In this document: positions 27,023 to 35,139 of the stretch, piece after piece | How the letters are laid out: every line of letters begins with the position of its first letter | How positions within the stretch are numbered: position 1 is the first letter of the stretch | Virus record (IMG/VR): IMGVR_UViG_3300032322_001765 | Location: 156,868 to 220,867 of that record | DNA: 64,000 bases | Direction: 5' to 3' (one strand) | The notes under the pieces: generated by a model | Database searches by the model: none | Told to the model about the DNA's origin: nothing | What the model saw: only the letters and a program-made list of their open reading frames with translations | Made by a program: the position numbers and the translations under genes

Positions 27023-27098
27023 GCTTCATAGTTCAGTTGGTTAGAACGCCGCCCTGTCACGGCGGAGGTCAGGGGTTCGAGTCCCCTTGAGGTCGCCA
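27022..27098 (+). tRNA. tRNA-Asp(GTC)
   Basis: CCGCC-CTGTCAC-GGCGG, CCA. Confidence 0.95.
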
Positions 27099-27180
27099 AA
27101 CATAGGGTAAACTTCTACTTGCACTTAATTTGAACTTAAAGTAAAATATAGGTTCTTTAGTTAAGTCATTGGAGAACAGA

Positions 27181-27384
27181 ATGAATTTGAAATTGAAAGC
27201 AGCATTGTATACCTTTCTATATGCATTAACAGGATTAGGTGTAGGATTTGTAGTATCACAACTGCCTACTTGGACAGTAGTAACACTTGTGTGTATTTTT
27301 GGAATTTGTCTAGCATATATTCTTATACATACAGGACTAAAATACGATGAAGCAGTAAAAGAAATAAGTAAGAAGTACGAATAA
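27181..27384 (+). CDS. Small membrane protein
   Basis: GGAGA SD; two hydrophobic segments. Confidence 0.65.
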   Translation: MNLKLKAALYTFLYALTGLGVGFVVSQLPTWTVVTLVCIFGICLAYILIHTGLKYDEAVKEISKKYE

Positions 27385-27392
27385 TGTAGTTA

Positions 27393-27483
27393 GGAGCGTT
27401 GGCCGAGTGGTCGAAGGCAGTGGTTTGCTAAACCATCGTACATCAAAAATGTACCATTAGTTCGAATCTAATACGCTCCGCCA
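27393..27483 (+). tRNA. tRNA-Ser(GCT)
   Basis: Loop TTGCTAA, long variable arm, CCA. Confidence 0.95.
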
Positions 27484-27510
27484 GTTTTCATATTTTATTT
27501 AGGAAAGAAA

Positions 27511-27690
27511 ATGAAATATCTTAATTTTGTATTACCCGTTATAATCACACTACTTTCAATAATTGGAATTATTGCTAGTTATGGTGCAGGTAACGATTCT
27601 GCACTTAGTGCATATGTTGTAGCATTATCAGGTTGGATGGTAATCGCAACGGATGAAGTTATTAAATTTATTGATAGTCGAAGAAAATAA
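27511..27690 (+). CDS. Small membrane protein (59 aa)
   Basis: AGGA SD; MKYLNFVLPVIITLLSIIGIIA...; two hydrophobic segments. Confidence 0.6.
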   Translation: MKYLNFVLPVIITLLSIIGIIASYGAGNDSALSAYVVALSGWMVIATDEVIKFIDSRRK

Positions 27691-27696
27691 ATTTAT

Positions 27697-27774
27697 GCAA
27701 CGGTGGCAGAGAGGCCCAATGCAAGAGTCTGCAAAACTCTAAAGCCGTCAGTTCGAATCTGACCCGTTGCTCCA
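27697..27774 (+). tRNA. tRNA-Cys(GCA)
   Basis: AGAGT-CTGCAAA-ACTCT, U73, CCA. Confidence 0.95.
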
Positions 27775-27977
27775 AGTATCCCGCAGGCCCTTCTGCGCTA
27801 TGAAAGGGGGTATATTGGCTTCACCATAACGCCAGGGCTCTTACGTTGATAGCCTCAAAGCCCGCTTGACATGGGTGATAGAAAAAACGTAGGTGGGTAT
27901 CACACCTTGCCAGAAGTAAATGTGATGGACAGGGTAACAACTCAGTAAGGGGCTTATGGGAATAAGTAGCCTTACAC
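27775..27977 (+). ncRNA. Unknown structured RNA, copy 2
   Basis: Identical 20-mer at 27924-27943 and covarying terminal hairpin; ends approximate. Confidence 0.5.
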
Positions 27978-28029
27978 TTTATACTATAGGAGATCCTGTT
28001 ATGGATAGTGACAAGAGTGACAAGATAAT

Positions 28030-28105
28030 GCGGGCATAGCTCAGTCGGTAGAGCAGTAGACTTTTAATCTATTGGTCGTGGGTTCGAATCCCCCTGCCCG
28101 TACCA
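28030..28105 (+). tRNA. tRNA-Lys(TTT)
   Basis: Loop CTTTTAA, CCA. Confidence 0.95.
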
Positions 28106-28183
28106 TATAAAAACACATTCGCTTATATTTTAACGGCTTGCAAGGCACGGGCGTATAAGAGTATTGAGTGTGTTTCTATATGG
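28103..28183 (+). ncRNA. Stem-enclosed RNA (third member of the AGTRTGTTTC stem family)
   Basis: CCATATAAAAACACATTC / GAGTGTGTTTCTATATGG. Confidence 0.45.
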
Positions 28184-28189
28184 TTTATT

Positions 28190-28274
28190 GGGGATGCGGC
28201 TAAGTTAGAGAGTGGCGGCGGACTGTAAATCCGTTCTTTCGGGTGAGTAGGTGCGAATCCTTCCATCCCCACCA
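28190..28274 (+). tRNA. tRNA-Tyr(GTA)
   Basis: Loop CTGTAAA, long variable arm, T loop TGCGAAT, CCA. Confidence 0.9.
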
Positions 28275-28280
28275 ATTAAT

Positions 28281-28354
28281 TCCGGTGTAGTATAATGGCA
28301 GTGCGACGGTCTCCAAAACCGTTAGTGGGAGTTCGATTCTCTCCACCGGAGCCA
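28281..28354 (+). tRNA. tRNA-Trp(CCA)
   Basis: ACGGT-CTCCAAA-ACCGT, CCA. Confidence 0.95.
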
Positions 28355-28355
28355 G

Positions 28356-28646
28356 TTATTTAGTGAATCGTCTAATATGTGTAGATATAGGAGTATTATA
28401 TTGTTCTGTACCGCGATCACCGCCTACTGTTAAACGTAAGTTTACATCAACGGTTTTTGCGTAATAGTTTACATAATTGGCAATTTTACTACTTGTTGTT
28501 CTAATTAGACAAATACCGGCATTATTACAAACTATGTAGGTAGTTATTCCGAATTCGTCTTTGTCTATGAATAGCATAACATATTTATTAATATTTGGGC
28601 AACTAATAGTTGCATTATTAATTTGTTTGATGTATAATCTATACAT
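28356..28646 (-). CDS. Hypothetical protein
   Basis: 96-aa ORF filling the gap between two tRNAs on the opposite strand. Confidence 0.45.
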   Translation of the reverse strand: MYRLYIKQINNATISCPNINKYVMLFIDKDEFGITTYIVCNNAGICLIRTTSSKIANYVNYYAKTVDVNLRLTVGGDRGTEQYNTPISTHIRRFTK

Positions 28647-28657
28647 AAGTTAGAAAT

Positions 28658-28734
28658 GCCTCTGTAGCTCAATCGGTCAGAGCAGCGGACTCATAATCCG
28701 TTGGTTAGGGGTTCGAGTCCCTTCGGAGGCACCA
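28658..28734 (+). tRNA. tRNA with CAT anticodon, probably Ile2 (lysidine)
   Basis: GCGGA-CTCATAA-TCCGT, paired 1:72, CCA. Confidence 0.85.
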
Positions 28735-28742
28735 GGTATTAT

Positions 28743-28816
28743 GCGGGATTAGTTTAATGGTAAAACGAAAGCCTTCCAAGCTCTAGTTATCAGTTCGATT
28801 CTGATATCCCGCTCCA
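28743..28816 (+). tRNA. tRNA-Gly(TCC)
   Basis: Loop CTTCCAA, U73, CCA. Confidence 0.95.
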
Positions 28817-28825
28817 AGTTAGAAT

Positions 28826-28909
28826 GCCCGGGTGGTGAAATGGTAGACACAAAGGACTTAAAATCCTTCGCCGCAAGGCGTGCCGGTTCGAGTCCGGCTT
28901 CGGGTACCA
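28826..28909 (+). tRNA. tRNA-Leu(TAA)
   Basis: AAGGA-CTTAAAA-TCCTT, long variable arm, CCA. Confidence 0.95.
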
Positions 28910-28917
28910 AGTAACAT

Positions 28918-29000
28918 GCGCATATGGCGAAATTGGTAGACGCGCCAGATTTAGGTTCTGGTCTCAACGGGTGGGGGTTCGAGTCCCTCTATGCGCACCA
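28918..29000 (+). tRNA. tRNA-Leu(TAG)
   Basis: CCAGA-TTTAGGT-TCTGG, CCA. Confidence 0.95.
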
Positions 29001-29033
29001 CTGTTCTCTTTTATAAAGATAAATAATTGTACT

Positions 29034-29207
29034 ATGGCACAATTAAAAATCTTCATTAACGACAAACTATACAAAACAGTACCATTAGATACTGAAAAAT
29101 ATGAGCCTTCTTGGTATTGGCCTCAAATTAAGGCTGATAAAGAAGCCGGTTTACTAAATTCTTTTAACATTGAAGAATCAATGAAAGTAGAATTTAGAAA
29201 AATATAA
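29034..29207 (+). CDS. Hypothetical protein
   Basis: MAQLKIFINDK; TAAATA 8 nt upstream; ORF-track start overlaps a tRNA. Confidence 0.6.
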   Translation: MAQLKIFINDKLYKTVPLDTEKYEPSWYWPQIKADKEAGLLNSFNIEESMKVEFRKI

Positions 29208-29285
29208 ACCATAATAGTTTGTATACTTTCAATATTGCAATGATATGCTCACGCATATCAAAAAAGCAAGCCTATTTTTTTAGCT

Positions 29286-29293
29286 TATAAATA
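29286..29293 (+). promoter_or_regulatory. T4-type late promoter
   Basis: Perfect TATAAATA upstream of the fMet-like tRNA. Confidence 0.7.
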
Positions 29294-29311
29294 AGTCGTA
29301 GGACATTAAGA

Positions 29312-29384
29312 CGCGGGTTAGGGAAGAGGTCATCCCGTTAGGCTCATAACCTGAAGATCGTTGGTTCAAATCCAGCACCCGCAT
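29312..29384 (+). tRNA. Initiator-like tRNA-fMet(CAT), atypical, no encoded CCA
   Basis: CGCGGGT/ACCCGCA with C1.A72; TTAGG-CTCATAA-CCTGA; flanked by 10-bp extension stem. Confidence 0.8.
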
Positions 29385-29402
29385 CTTAGTGTCTTACAAT
29401 AA

Positions 29403-29481
29403 CCGGGTGTAGCTTAGTCTGGCTTAAAGCGCCTGCTTTGGGAGCAGGAGATCGTGAGTTCGAATCCCACTTCCCGGACCA
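29403..29481 (+). tRNA. tRNA-Pro(TGG)
   Basis: CCTGC-TTTGGGA-GCAGG, CCA. Confidence 0.95.
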
Positions 29482-29500
29482 ATTCTTTTTAAGGTGATAT

Positions 29501-29638
29501 ATGGCTAAGCAAGTTGGAGTAAAAGAACGTAAGAAGGTAGTCAAATTAACTTGTCAGGGAGGAAGTAAACCCAAAACAAGTACTATGAATAAGGATTTAA
29601 AAAGAAGTTACAAGAAGTATAGAGGACAAGGTAAATAG
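29501..29638 (+). CDS. Small basic protein (45 aa)
   Basis: AAGGTG SD; MAKQVGVKERKK...TMNKDLKRSYKKYRGQGK; C-terminal YRGQG is a pattern I recall from T4-like phage small proteins. Confidence 0.7.
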   Translation: MAKQVGVKERKKVVKLTCQGGSKPKTSTMNKDLKRSYKKYRGQGK

Positions 29639-29712
29639 CATCGTTAGTTCAGCGGTAGAATCCCTGCCTTACAAGCAGGTTGTCGTTGGTTCGAATCCAG
29701 CACGATGCACCA
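29638..29712 (+). tRNA. tRNA-Val(TAC)
   Basis: CCTGC-CTTACAA-GCAGG, CCA. Confidence 0.95.
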
Positions 29713-29718
29713 AGTATT

Positions 29719-29793
29719 GCGGGTGTAATTCAGGGGTAGAATGTTTGCTTGCCAAGCAAAATGTCAGGAGTTCGAATCTCCTCACCCGCTCCA
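29719..29793 (+). tRNA. tRNA-Gly(GCC)
   Basis: TTTGC-TTGCCAA-GCAAA, CCA. Confidence 0.95.
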
Positions 29794-29809
29794 ATTTTAT
29801 ATAATTTTT

Positions 29810-31050
29810 ATGGCACATCAACAACAATTTGATTTTGTACAAAGAGTAAAGAATCGCTATCCAATAAATTTTTTTCAGAAAAAAGTTTTAGAAATTGGTA
29901 GCTTAAACATTAATGGCACAATAAGAGATTTTTTCAACTATTGTGATTATTTGGGAGTTGATGTAGGACAAGGTCCATGCGTCGATATAGTTTGTGAAGG
30001 TCAAAATGTAGATCATCCCGACAACACTTATGACACAGTTGCAAGTTGTGAATGTTTTGAACACAACCCTCATTGGGTAGAAACTTTTCAAAATATGTAT
30101 CGTATGACTAAGCCGGGTGGTTTAGTTTTTATGAGTTGTGCAACTACAGGTAGACCTGAACATGGTACAACACGTACTAGTCCTAGTGATAGTCCGTTAA
30201 CAATTGGTATAGGTTGGGATTACTATAAAAATTTAACTGAACAAGATTTTAGAGATAACTTTAACATTGATGAAATGTTCAGTGAATATAAATTTGAAGT
30301 TGGTACATCACATCCTGATTTATATTTTTATGGTGTTAAAAAAACAAGTGATGTAATTGATTTTAGAAAATACTTTACTGAAAAGTATTACGACAGTAAT
30401 TGGTTAAAAACTGCAAAAGAAACTTATGACAATAACGATCCTTACCCGCATCTTGTCATAGATGATTTTTTACCAGTTGACGTAATGGAAAAAGTTTTAA
30501 ATTCTTTCCCTCAACCCGGCGACTTAGATTGGTGGGAATTCAAGAATGATAACGAAATAAAATTAGGCAGTAGAAAAGAAATTCAATTACCGCAAGTAAC
30601 AAGAAATGTATGTGCAGAATTAAATTCTGGCTATGTGTTAGATTGGTTAGAGTATTTAACCAGTGTACCTGGGCTTATTGCTGATACAAGATTGTTTGGT
30701 GGTGGGTTGCATCAAATTGTGCGTGGTGGAAAATTAAACATCCATGTAGATTTTAATATTGAACCACATACAAAATTACGTAGGCGACTTAATGTTCTAA
30801 TCTATCTTAACAAAGATTGGAAAGAAGAATACGAAGGTTATTTAGAATTGTGGGACAAAACAAAAACACAATGTGTAAAAAAGATAGCGCCCGTTTTTAA
30901 TCGTTGTGTAATTTTTAATACTAATGATACTTCATGGCATGGGCATCCTACTCCATTAAATACGCCCGAACATATTACAAGAAAAAGTTTAGCCATGTAT
31001 TATTACTCTGTCGATACAGAGAACGTAAAAGTTCATTCAACCATTTATTA

Positions 31051-31051
<1 letters not shown>
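29810..31051 (+). CDS. Methyltransferase fused to Fe(II)/2OG oxygenase
   Basis: N: VLEIGSLNING...CECFEH; C: GGGLHQI...IHVDFN...WHGHP; start moved to MAHQQQ because the track start lies in tRNA-Gly. Confidence 0.8.
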
Positions 31052-31140
<89 letters not shown>

Positions 31141-31180
31141 ACTATAGCTCTATTTTGTAAAATAATCACAGGAGGTAATT

Positions 31181-31741
31181 ATGCCAGCAAGTTTTTTAGT
31201 AAGCGACACACATTTCGGCCATGCTGGCGTATGCCGTTTCCTACGTGATGACGGTACGAAACTACGTCCATGGGATAACCCAGATGAAATGGATGAAGAA
31301 ATGGTAAAGCGTTGGAATGAAACAGTTCGACCCAATGATAAAGTTTATCATTTAGGAGATGTTGTGATTAACCGTAAAGCACTTGCCACACTTAGTCGCC
31401 TTAATGGTGATAAGGTGCTTATCAAAGGTAATCATGATATTTTTAAATTAGAAGAATACACACAATACTTTCGTGATGTCCGAGGCTACCATGTTATGAA
31501 TGGTATGATACTAAGTCATATACCTGTGCATGAAGAAAGTTTAGCACGATTTGGGACAAACATTCATGGACATCTGCATTATAACCGTGTAAAGAAAGAT
31601 GGTGTCATTGATGTTAGATATCATTGTGTTTGTGTAGAACAAACAGATTACCGTCCAATACTGTTTGAACATGTTATCAAACGTATTCAAGAAGAAGGTG
31701 GCACAGTTGGCTTTAAAAACGGTAACGGCCCTATCATGTAA
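31181..31741 (+). CDS. Calcineurin-like metallophosphoesterase
   Basis: SDTHFGH, HLGD, GNHD, SH, HGHLH. Confidence 0.9.
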   Translation: MPASFLVSDTHFGHAGVCRFLRDDGTKLRPWDNPDEMDEEMVKRWNETVRPNDKVYHLGDVVINRKALATLSRLNGDKVLIKGNHDIFKLEEYTQYFRDVRGYHVMNGMILSHIPVHEESLARFGTNIHGHLHYNRVKKDGVIDVRYHCVCVEQTDYRPILFEHVIKRIQEEGGTVGFKNGNGPIM

Positions 31742-31797
31742 TTTATGATAGGACCTTTTTTAGCATAAGTATCTTACTACATTTTTAAGGAGGCATC

Positions 31798-32979
31798 ATG
31801 GCTGGCCGCAATTTTCTATTTGTTCCAGGACCAACAAATATTCCCGATAGAGTTTTAAGAGCAATGGTAGTATCTATGGAAGATCATAGGTCACCTGATT
31901 TCCCTTCACTAACTCTTGAAATACTGCCAAAGTTAAAAAAACTTTTTCGCACAACAACAGGTACACCGTTTATATTCCCGTCTAGCGGCACAGGCTGTTG
32001 GGAAGCAGCACTTACAAATACTTTATCACCTGGCGACAAAATATTAGCAGCACGATTTGGACAATTCAGTCATCTATGGATTGAGATGTGCCAAAGGTTG
32101 GGATTTGAAGTCGAAATAGTTGATTGTGAATGGGGCACTGGTGTACCACTTGACATTTACAGAGATAAATTAGAAGCAGATACCGAACACAAAATTAAAG
32201 CTGTGTTAGTTACTCACAATGAAACAGCAACTGGTGTCACTTCAGATGTTGCAGGCGTACGCCGTATAATGAATAATGCAAATCATCCTGCAATGATATT
32301 TGTCGATGCAGTCTCATCATTTGCTAGTATTGATTTAAGATTTGATGAGTGGGGTATTGATATGTGTGTAACGGGATCTCAAAAAGGTCTTATGTTACCT
32401 GCAGGACTAGGTATTCTATGTGCAAGTGAAAGGGCATTAGAAATGCGCCACCTTGCAAAATCTAAAAGAGCATATTTTGATTTAAACGATATGTTAAATT
32501 CAAATAGAAACGGATACTTCCCGTATACCCCTGCTCTTTCGTTGTTATATGGATTAAAAGAATCACTCTGTATACTTGAGGAAGAAGGTTTAGATAATGT
32601 TATCAACAGACATAACTATCTTGCTTCGGGGGTACGTGCAGCAGTAGAAGGATGGGGACTAAAACTTTGTGCTAAGGATCCTAAATGGAATAGTAACACT
32701 GTTTCAGCTATTATGGTTCCGGAAGGCATTGACGCTGCAAAAGTAATATCAGCAGCATATAATCATTATAACTTATCTTTAGGTGCAGGATTAAATAAAG
32801 TTGCAGGCAAATTATTTAGAATTGGGCATTTAGGTGACATGAATGAGGTGCATTTGTTAGCCGCGATAGCAGGTGCAGAAATGGCCATGTTGGACGTTGG
32901 TATAAAAATAGAATCAGGTAGTGGGGTTGCCGCTGCAATTAATTATTATCGAATGCACAAAGGAACAGTCAATGTATAA
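31798..32979 (+). CDS. sgaA: Serine-glyoxylate / alanine-glyoxylate aminotransferase (class V PLP)
   Basis: MAGRNFLFVPGPTNIPDRVLRAM, SSGTGCWEAA, HNETATG, DAVSS, GSQKG, RIGHLG. Confidence 0.85.
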   Translation: MAGRNFLFVPGPTNIPDRVLRAMVVSMEDHRSPDFPSLTLEILPKLKKLFRTTTGTPFIFPSSGTGCWEAALTNTLSPGDKILAARFGQFSHLWIEMCQRLGFEVEIVDCEWGTGVPLDIYRDKLEADTEHKIKAVLVTHNETATGVTSDVAGVRRIMNNANHPAMIFVDAVSSFASIDLRFDEWGIDMCVTGSQKGLMLPAGLGILCASERALEMRHLAKSKRAYFDLNDMLNSNRNGYFPYTPALSLLYGLKESLCILEEEGLDNVINRHNYLASGVRAAVEGWGLKLCAKDPKWNSNTVSAIMVPEGIDAAKVISAAYNHYNLSLGAGLNKVAGKLFRIGHLGDMNEVHLLAAIAGAEMAMLDVGIKIESGSGVAAAINYYRMHKGTVNV

Positions 32980-33046
32980 AGTAGGTGAAGCAATTTTTTA
33001 TAGTTTAGTAGCAGTTTTTATTGTGGCATTTTTACTTACTATTTAA
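32972..33046 (+). CDS. Small hydrophobic peptide (24 aa)
   Basis: MYKVGEAIFYSLVAVFIVAFLLTI; AAGGA SD-like site. Confidence 0.4.
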   Translation: MYKVGEAIFYSLVAVFIVAFLLTI

Positions 33047-33049
33047 TAT

Positions 33050-33358
33050 TGTTGTATGAAACAATCCGAAACAGGTTCTGGACGGCGGTTCGATTCCGCC
33101 CATCTCCACCAAATGCAATCTTGGGATGATTATTTTCCGCCTTTGAATTTGTGGAACTATAGTATCAGTTGGCAATGGAAGATTTCATTTGATGGGGATG
33201 ATCAGGTCTCGACAGGGTCAAGAGTACGAGAGTGGACAACACGGTAGGCGATGACCGTAAATCAAGCAAAACTATAACTGCAAACGCAGCTAATGATGAG
33301 GTATACGCTCTAGCAGCGTGATCTCCGGGGCAACTATGCCTTGTTACCAAAAATAGTT
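33050..33358 (+). ncRNA. ssrA: Circularly permuted (two-piece) tmRNA; tag ANAANDEVYALAA
   Basis: 3' end GGTTCGATTCC...CATCTCCACCA (ends 33111) precedes 5' end GGGGATG (33194); G3.U70; tag ORF 33280-33321; outer ends approximate. Confidence 0.9.
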
Positions 33359-33359
33359 T

Positions 33360-33384
33360 AAAAGGCTACTTCGGTAGCCTTTTT
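33360..33384 (+). terminator. Intrinsic terminator
   Basis: AAAAGGCTAC-TTCG-GTAGCCTTTTT. Confidence 0.9.
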
Positions 33385-33403
33385 CCATTATAAATATACT
33401 ATT

Positions 33404-33988
33404 ATGATAGTTTATATACACGGCGCCAGCGCAACTAAAGATAGCTTTTCTTACATTAGACAATTTGTTAGAGATAATATAGAGTTACCTGATATCGCAT
33501 TAGAGTATAACAGTAGTGATGGGTTTGATTATAATATAGGCACTATGTTTGGTAGATTGGATGATGCTGAAAAACTATTTTTCGTTTCGCATAGTTTAGG
33601 TGGCATATACGCATTGCATTTAGCAAATCATTATAAAGATAGAACAATCGGTGGCGTTTCACTAAGTACTCCATACGGTGGATGTAGACAAGCAGATTTT
33701 GCTAGATATTTTTTACCTTTTAATAAGTTAATGAAAGATATTGGAACAATGTCAGATCCAATGATAGAGGCAAAGCGTTTACCTGCTCCTAAAAATTGGA
33801 CTAATGTTGTCACAACAAGAGGAGATAGTCCTTGGATACAAGAACCAAATGATGGAGTGGTTACTATTGAAAGCATGAAGTATCGTGCAGATTTTGAATT
33901 GGTTGAGGCAAATATTAACCATTATGAAGTTGTATTAAATCCAAACATTGTTGAACTTATTTTAGATAGAATTAAAAAAGCAATTTAA
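33404..33988 (+). CDS. Alpha/beta hydrolase
   Basis: YIHG, SHSLGG nucleophile elbow, NDGVV, distal H. Confidence 0.8.
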   Translation: MIVYIHGASATKDSFSYIRQFVRDNIELPDIALEYNSSDGFDYNIGTMFGRLDDAEKLFFVSHSLGGIYALHLANHYKDRTIGGVSLSTPYGGCRQADFARYFLPFNKLMKDIGTMSDPMIEAKRLPAPKNWTNVVTTRGDSPWIQEPNDGVVTIESMKYRADFELVEANINHYEVVLNPNIVELILDRIKKAI

Positions 33989-34012
33989 CCAAAACTCCAT
34001 TTATTTCTAATT

Positions 34013-34030
34013 TTGTAACATATCTGTAAT
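34013..34030 (+). promoter_or_regulatory. Pho box upstream of pstS
   Basis: TTGTAAC-ATAT-CTGTAAT, 11-nt period direct repeat matching the PhoB consensus. Confidence 0.7.
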
Positions 34031-34083
34031 ATTCTAACTTCTAAATATTTTTGTACACATGTACATTTTATCGGAGACAGAGT

Positions 34084-35106
34084 ATGAAAAAAATATTTGC
34101 ATTATTGGCGTTTGTGTCAACATTTGCATCAGCAGCAGAATTCACCGGAGCAGGAGCAACATTCCCGTTCCCAATCTATGCTAAGTGGGCTGAAGCATAC
34201 AAAGCACAAACTGGCATTGGTCTAAATTATCAATCAATTGGTAGTGGCGGTGGTATTCGTCAAATCAAAGCAAAGACGGTTGACTTTGGCGCAAGTGATA
34301 TGCCATTGAAAAAAGAAGAACTTGACAAAGAAGGTCTTGTACAATTTCCAGCAATCATCGGTGGTGTTGTACCAGTATTCAACCTAGACGGTATTGATGC
34401 TGGTAAATTAAAACTTACTCCAGATGTGATTGCTAATATTCATTTAGGTAAAATTAACAAATGGAATGACAAAGCAATTGCTGAATTAAATCCAGGAGTT
34501 GCTCTTCCTGCTATGAACATTACTGTAGTTCATCGTGCAGACGGTTCAGGTACTACATTTATCTGGACAAACTTTTTAGGCAAAGCAAATGCTGAATTTC
34601 AAAAAACAGTAGGCGAAGGCACAGCAGTTAAATGGCCAGTTGGTGTAGGCGGTAAAGGCAACGAAGGTGTAGCAGCACAAGTGCAAAGAATCAAAGGTGC
34701 ATTTGGTTATGTTGAGTATGCTTATGCTAAAAGAAACAAGATTCCTTATGCAGCGTTGAAAAATCGTGATGGTAACTTTGTACTACCAGATGATACTACA
34801 TTCAAAGCAGCCGCAGCTAATGCTGATTGGAACAATGCGCCAGGGATGTATTTGTTACTCACATGGCAGACAGGTAAAGATGCATGGCCAGCAACAGGTG
34901 CAAGTTTCATTCTAATGCACAAGCAACAGGCAGATACATTAACGGGTCGTGCAGTTCTCAAGTTCTTTGACTGGTCATACAAGAATGGTGGCCAAATGTC
35001 AACTGAGTTAGAGTATGTTCACATGCCAGCTGATGTAATTAAATTAGTTCAGGAAAATTGGAAGAAGGATTTCCGTGGTCCTGATGGTAACCCAATTTGG
35101 AAATAA
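34084..35106 (+). CDS. pstS: Phosphate ABC transporter substrate-binding protein PstS
   Basis: Signal peptide; GAGATFP, YQSIGSGGG, FGASD, RADGSGTT, GKGNEGV; GGAGA SD. Confidence 0.95.
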   Translation: MKKIFALLAFVSTFASAAEFTGAGATFPFPIYAKWAEAYKAQTGIGLNYQSIGSGGGIRQIKAKTVDFGASDMPLKKEELDKEGLVQFPAIIGGVVPVFNLDGIDAGKLKLTPDVIANIHLGKINKWNDKAIAELNPGVALPAMNITVVHRADGSGTTFIWTNFLGKANAEFQKTVGEGTAVKWPVGVGGKGNEGVAAQVQRIKGAFGYVEYAYAKRNKIPYAALKNRDGNFVLPDDTTFKAAAANADWNNAPGMYLLLTWQTGKDAWPATGASFILMHKQQADTLTGRAVLKFFDWSYKNGGQMSTELEYVHMPADVIKLVQENWKKDFRGPDGNPIWK

Positions 35107-35110
35107 ACAC

Positions 35111-35139
35111 TTGACAACCGTTAACACTGATGATACAAT
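35111..35139 (+). promoter_or_regulatory. Sigma70-type promoter overlapping an 11-bp inverted repeat
   Basis: TTGACA-17nt-TACAAT; AACCGTTAACA/TGTTAACGGTT plus T tract. Confidence 0.7.

Noticed and set aside
27985-28039. Mini-ORF MDSDKSDKIMRA with AGGAG and a GTGACAAGA tandem repeat before tRNA-Lys
   Set aside because: Only 12 codons, running into the tRNA; the 9-nt duplication is too short to interpret.
24035-28183. CRISPR array suggested by the repeated stems and the duplicated 20-mer
   Set aside because: Only 2-3 copies, kilobases apart, inverted rather than direct repeats, no regular spacers, no cas genes.
24124-29000. ORF-track entries overlapping tRNA or ncRNA genes (24124..24312, 24807..25004, 26274..26474, 26796..27029, 28749..28967)
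   Set aside because: They run through clear cloverleaf or structured RNA genes; the open frames are by-products of GC-richer RNA sequence.
33056-33350. ORFs 33056..33247 (+) and 33165..33350 (-) as protein genes
   Set aside because: They overlap the tmRNA; the minus ORF is the antisense of the tag frame.
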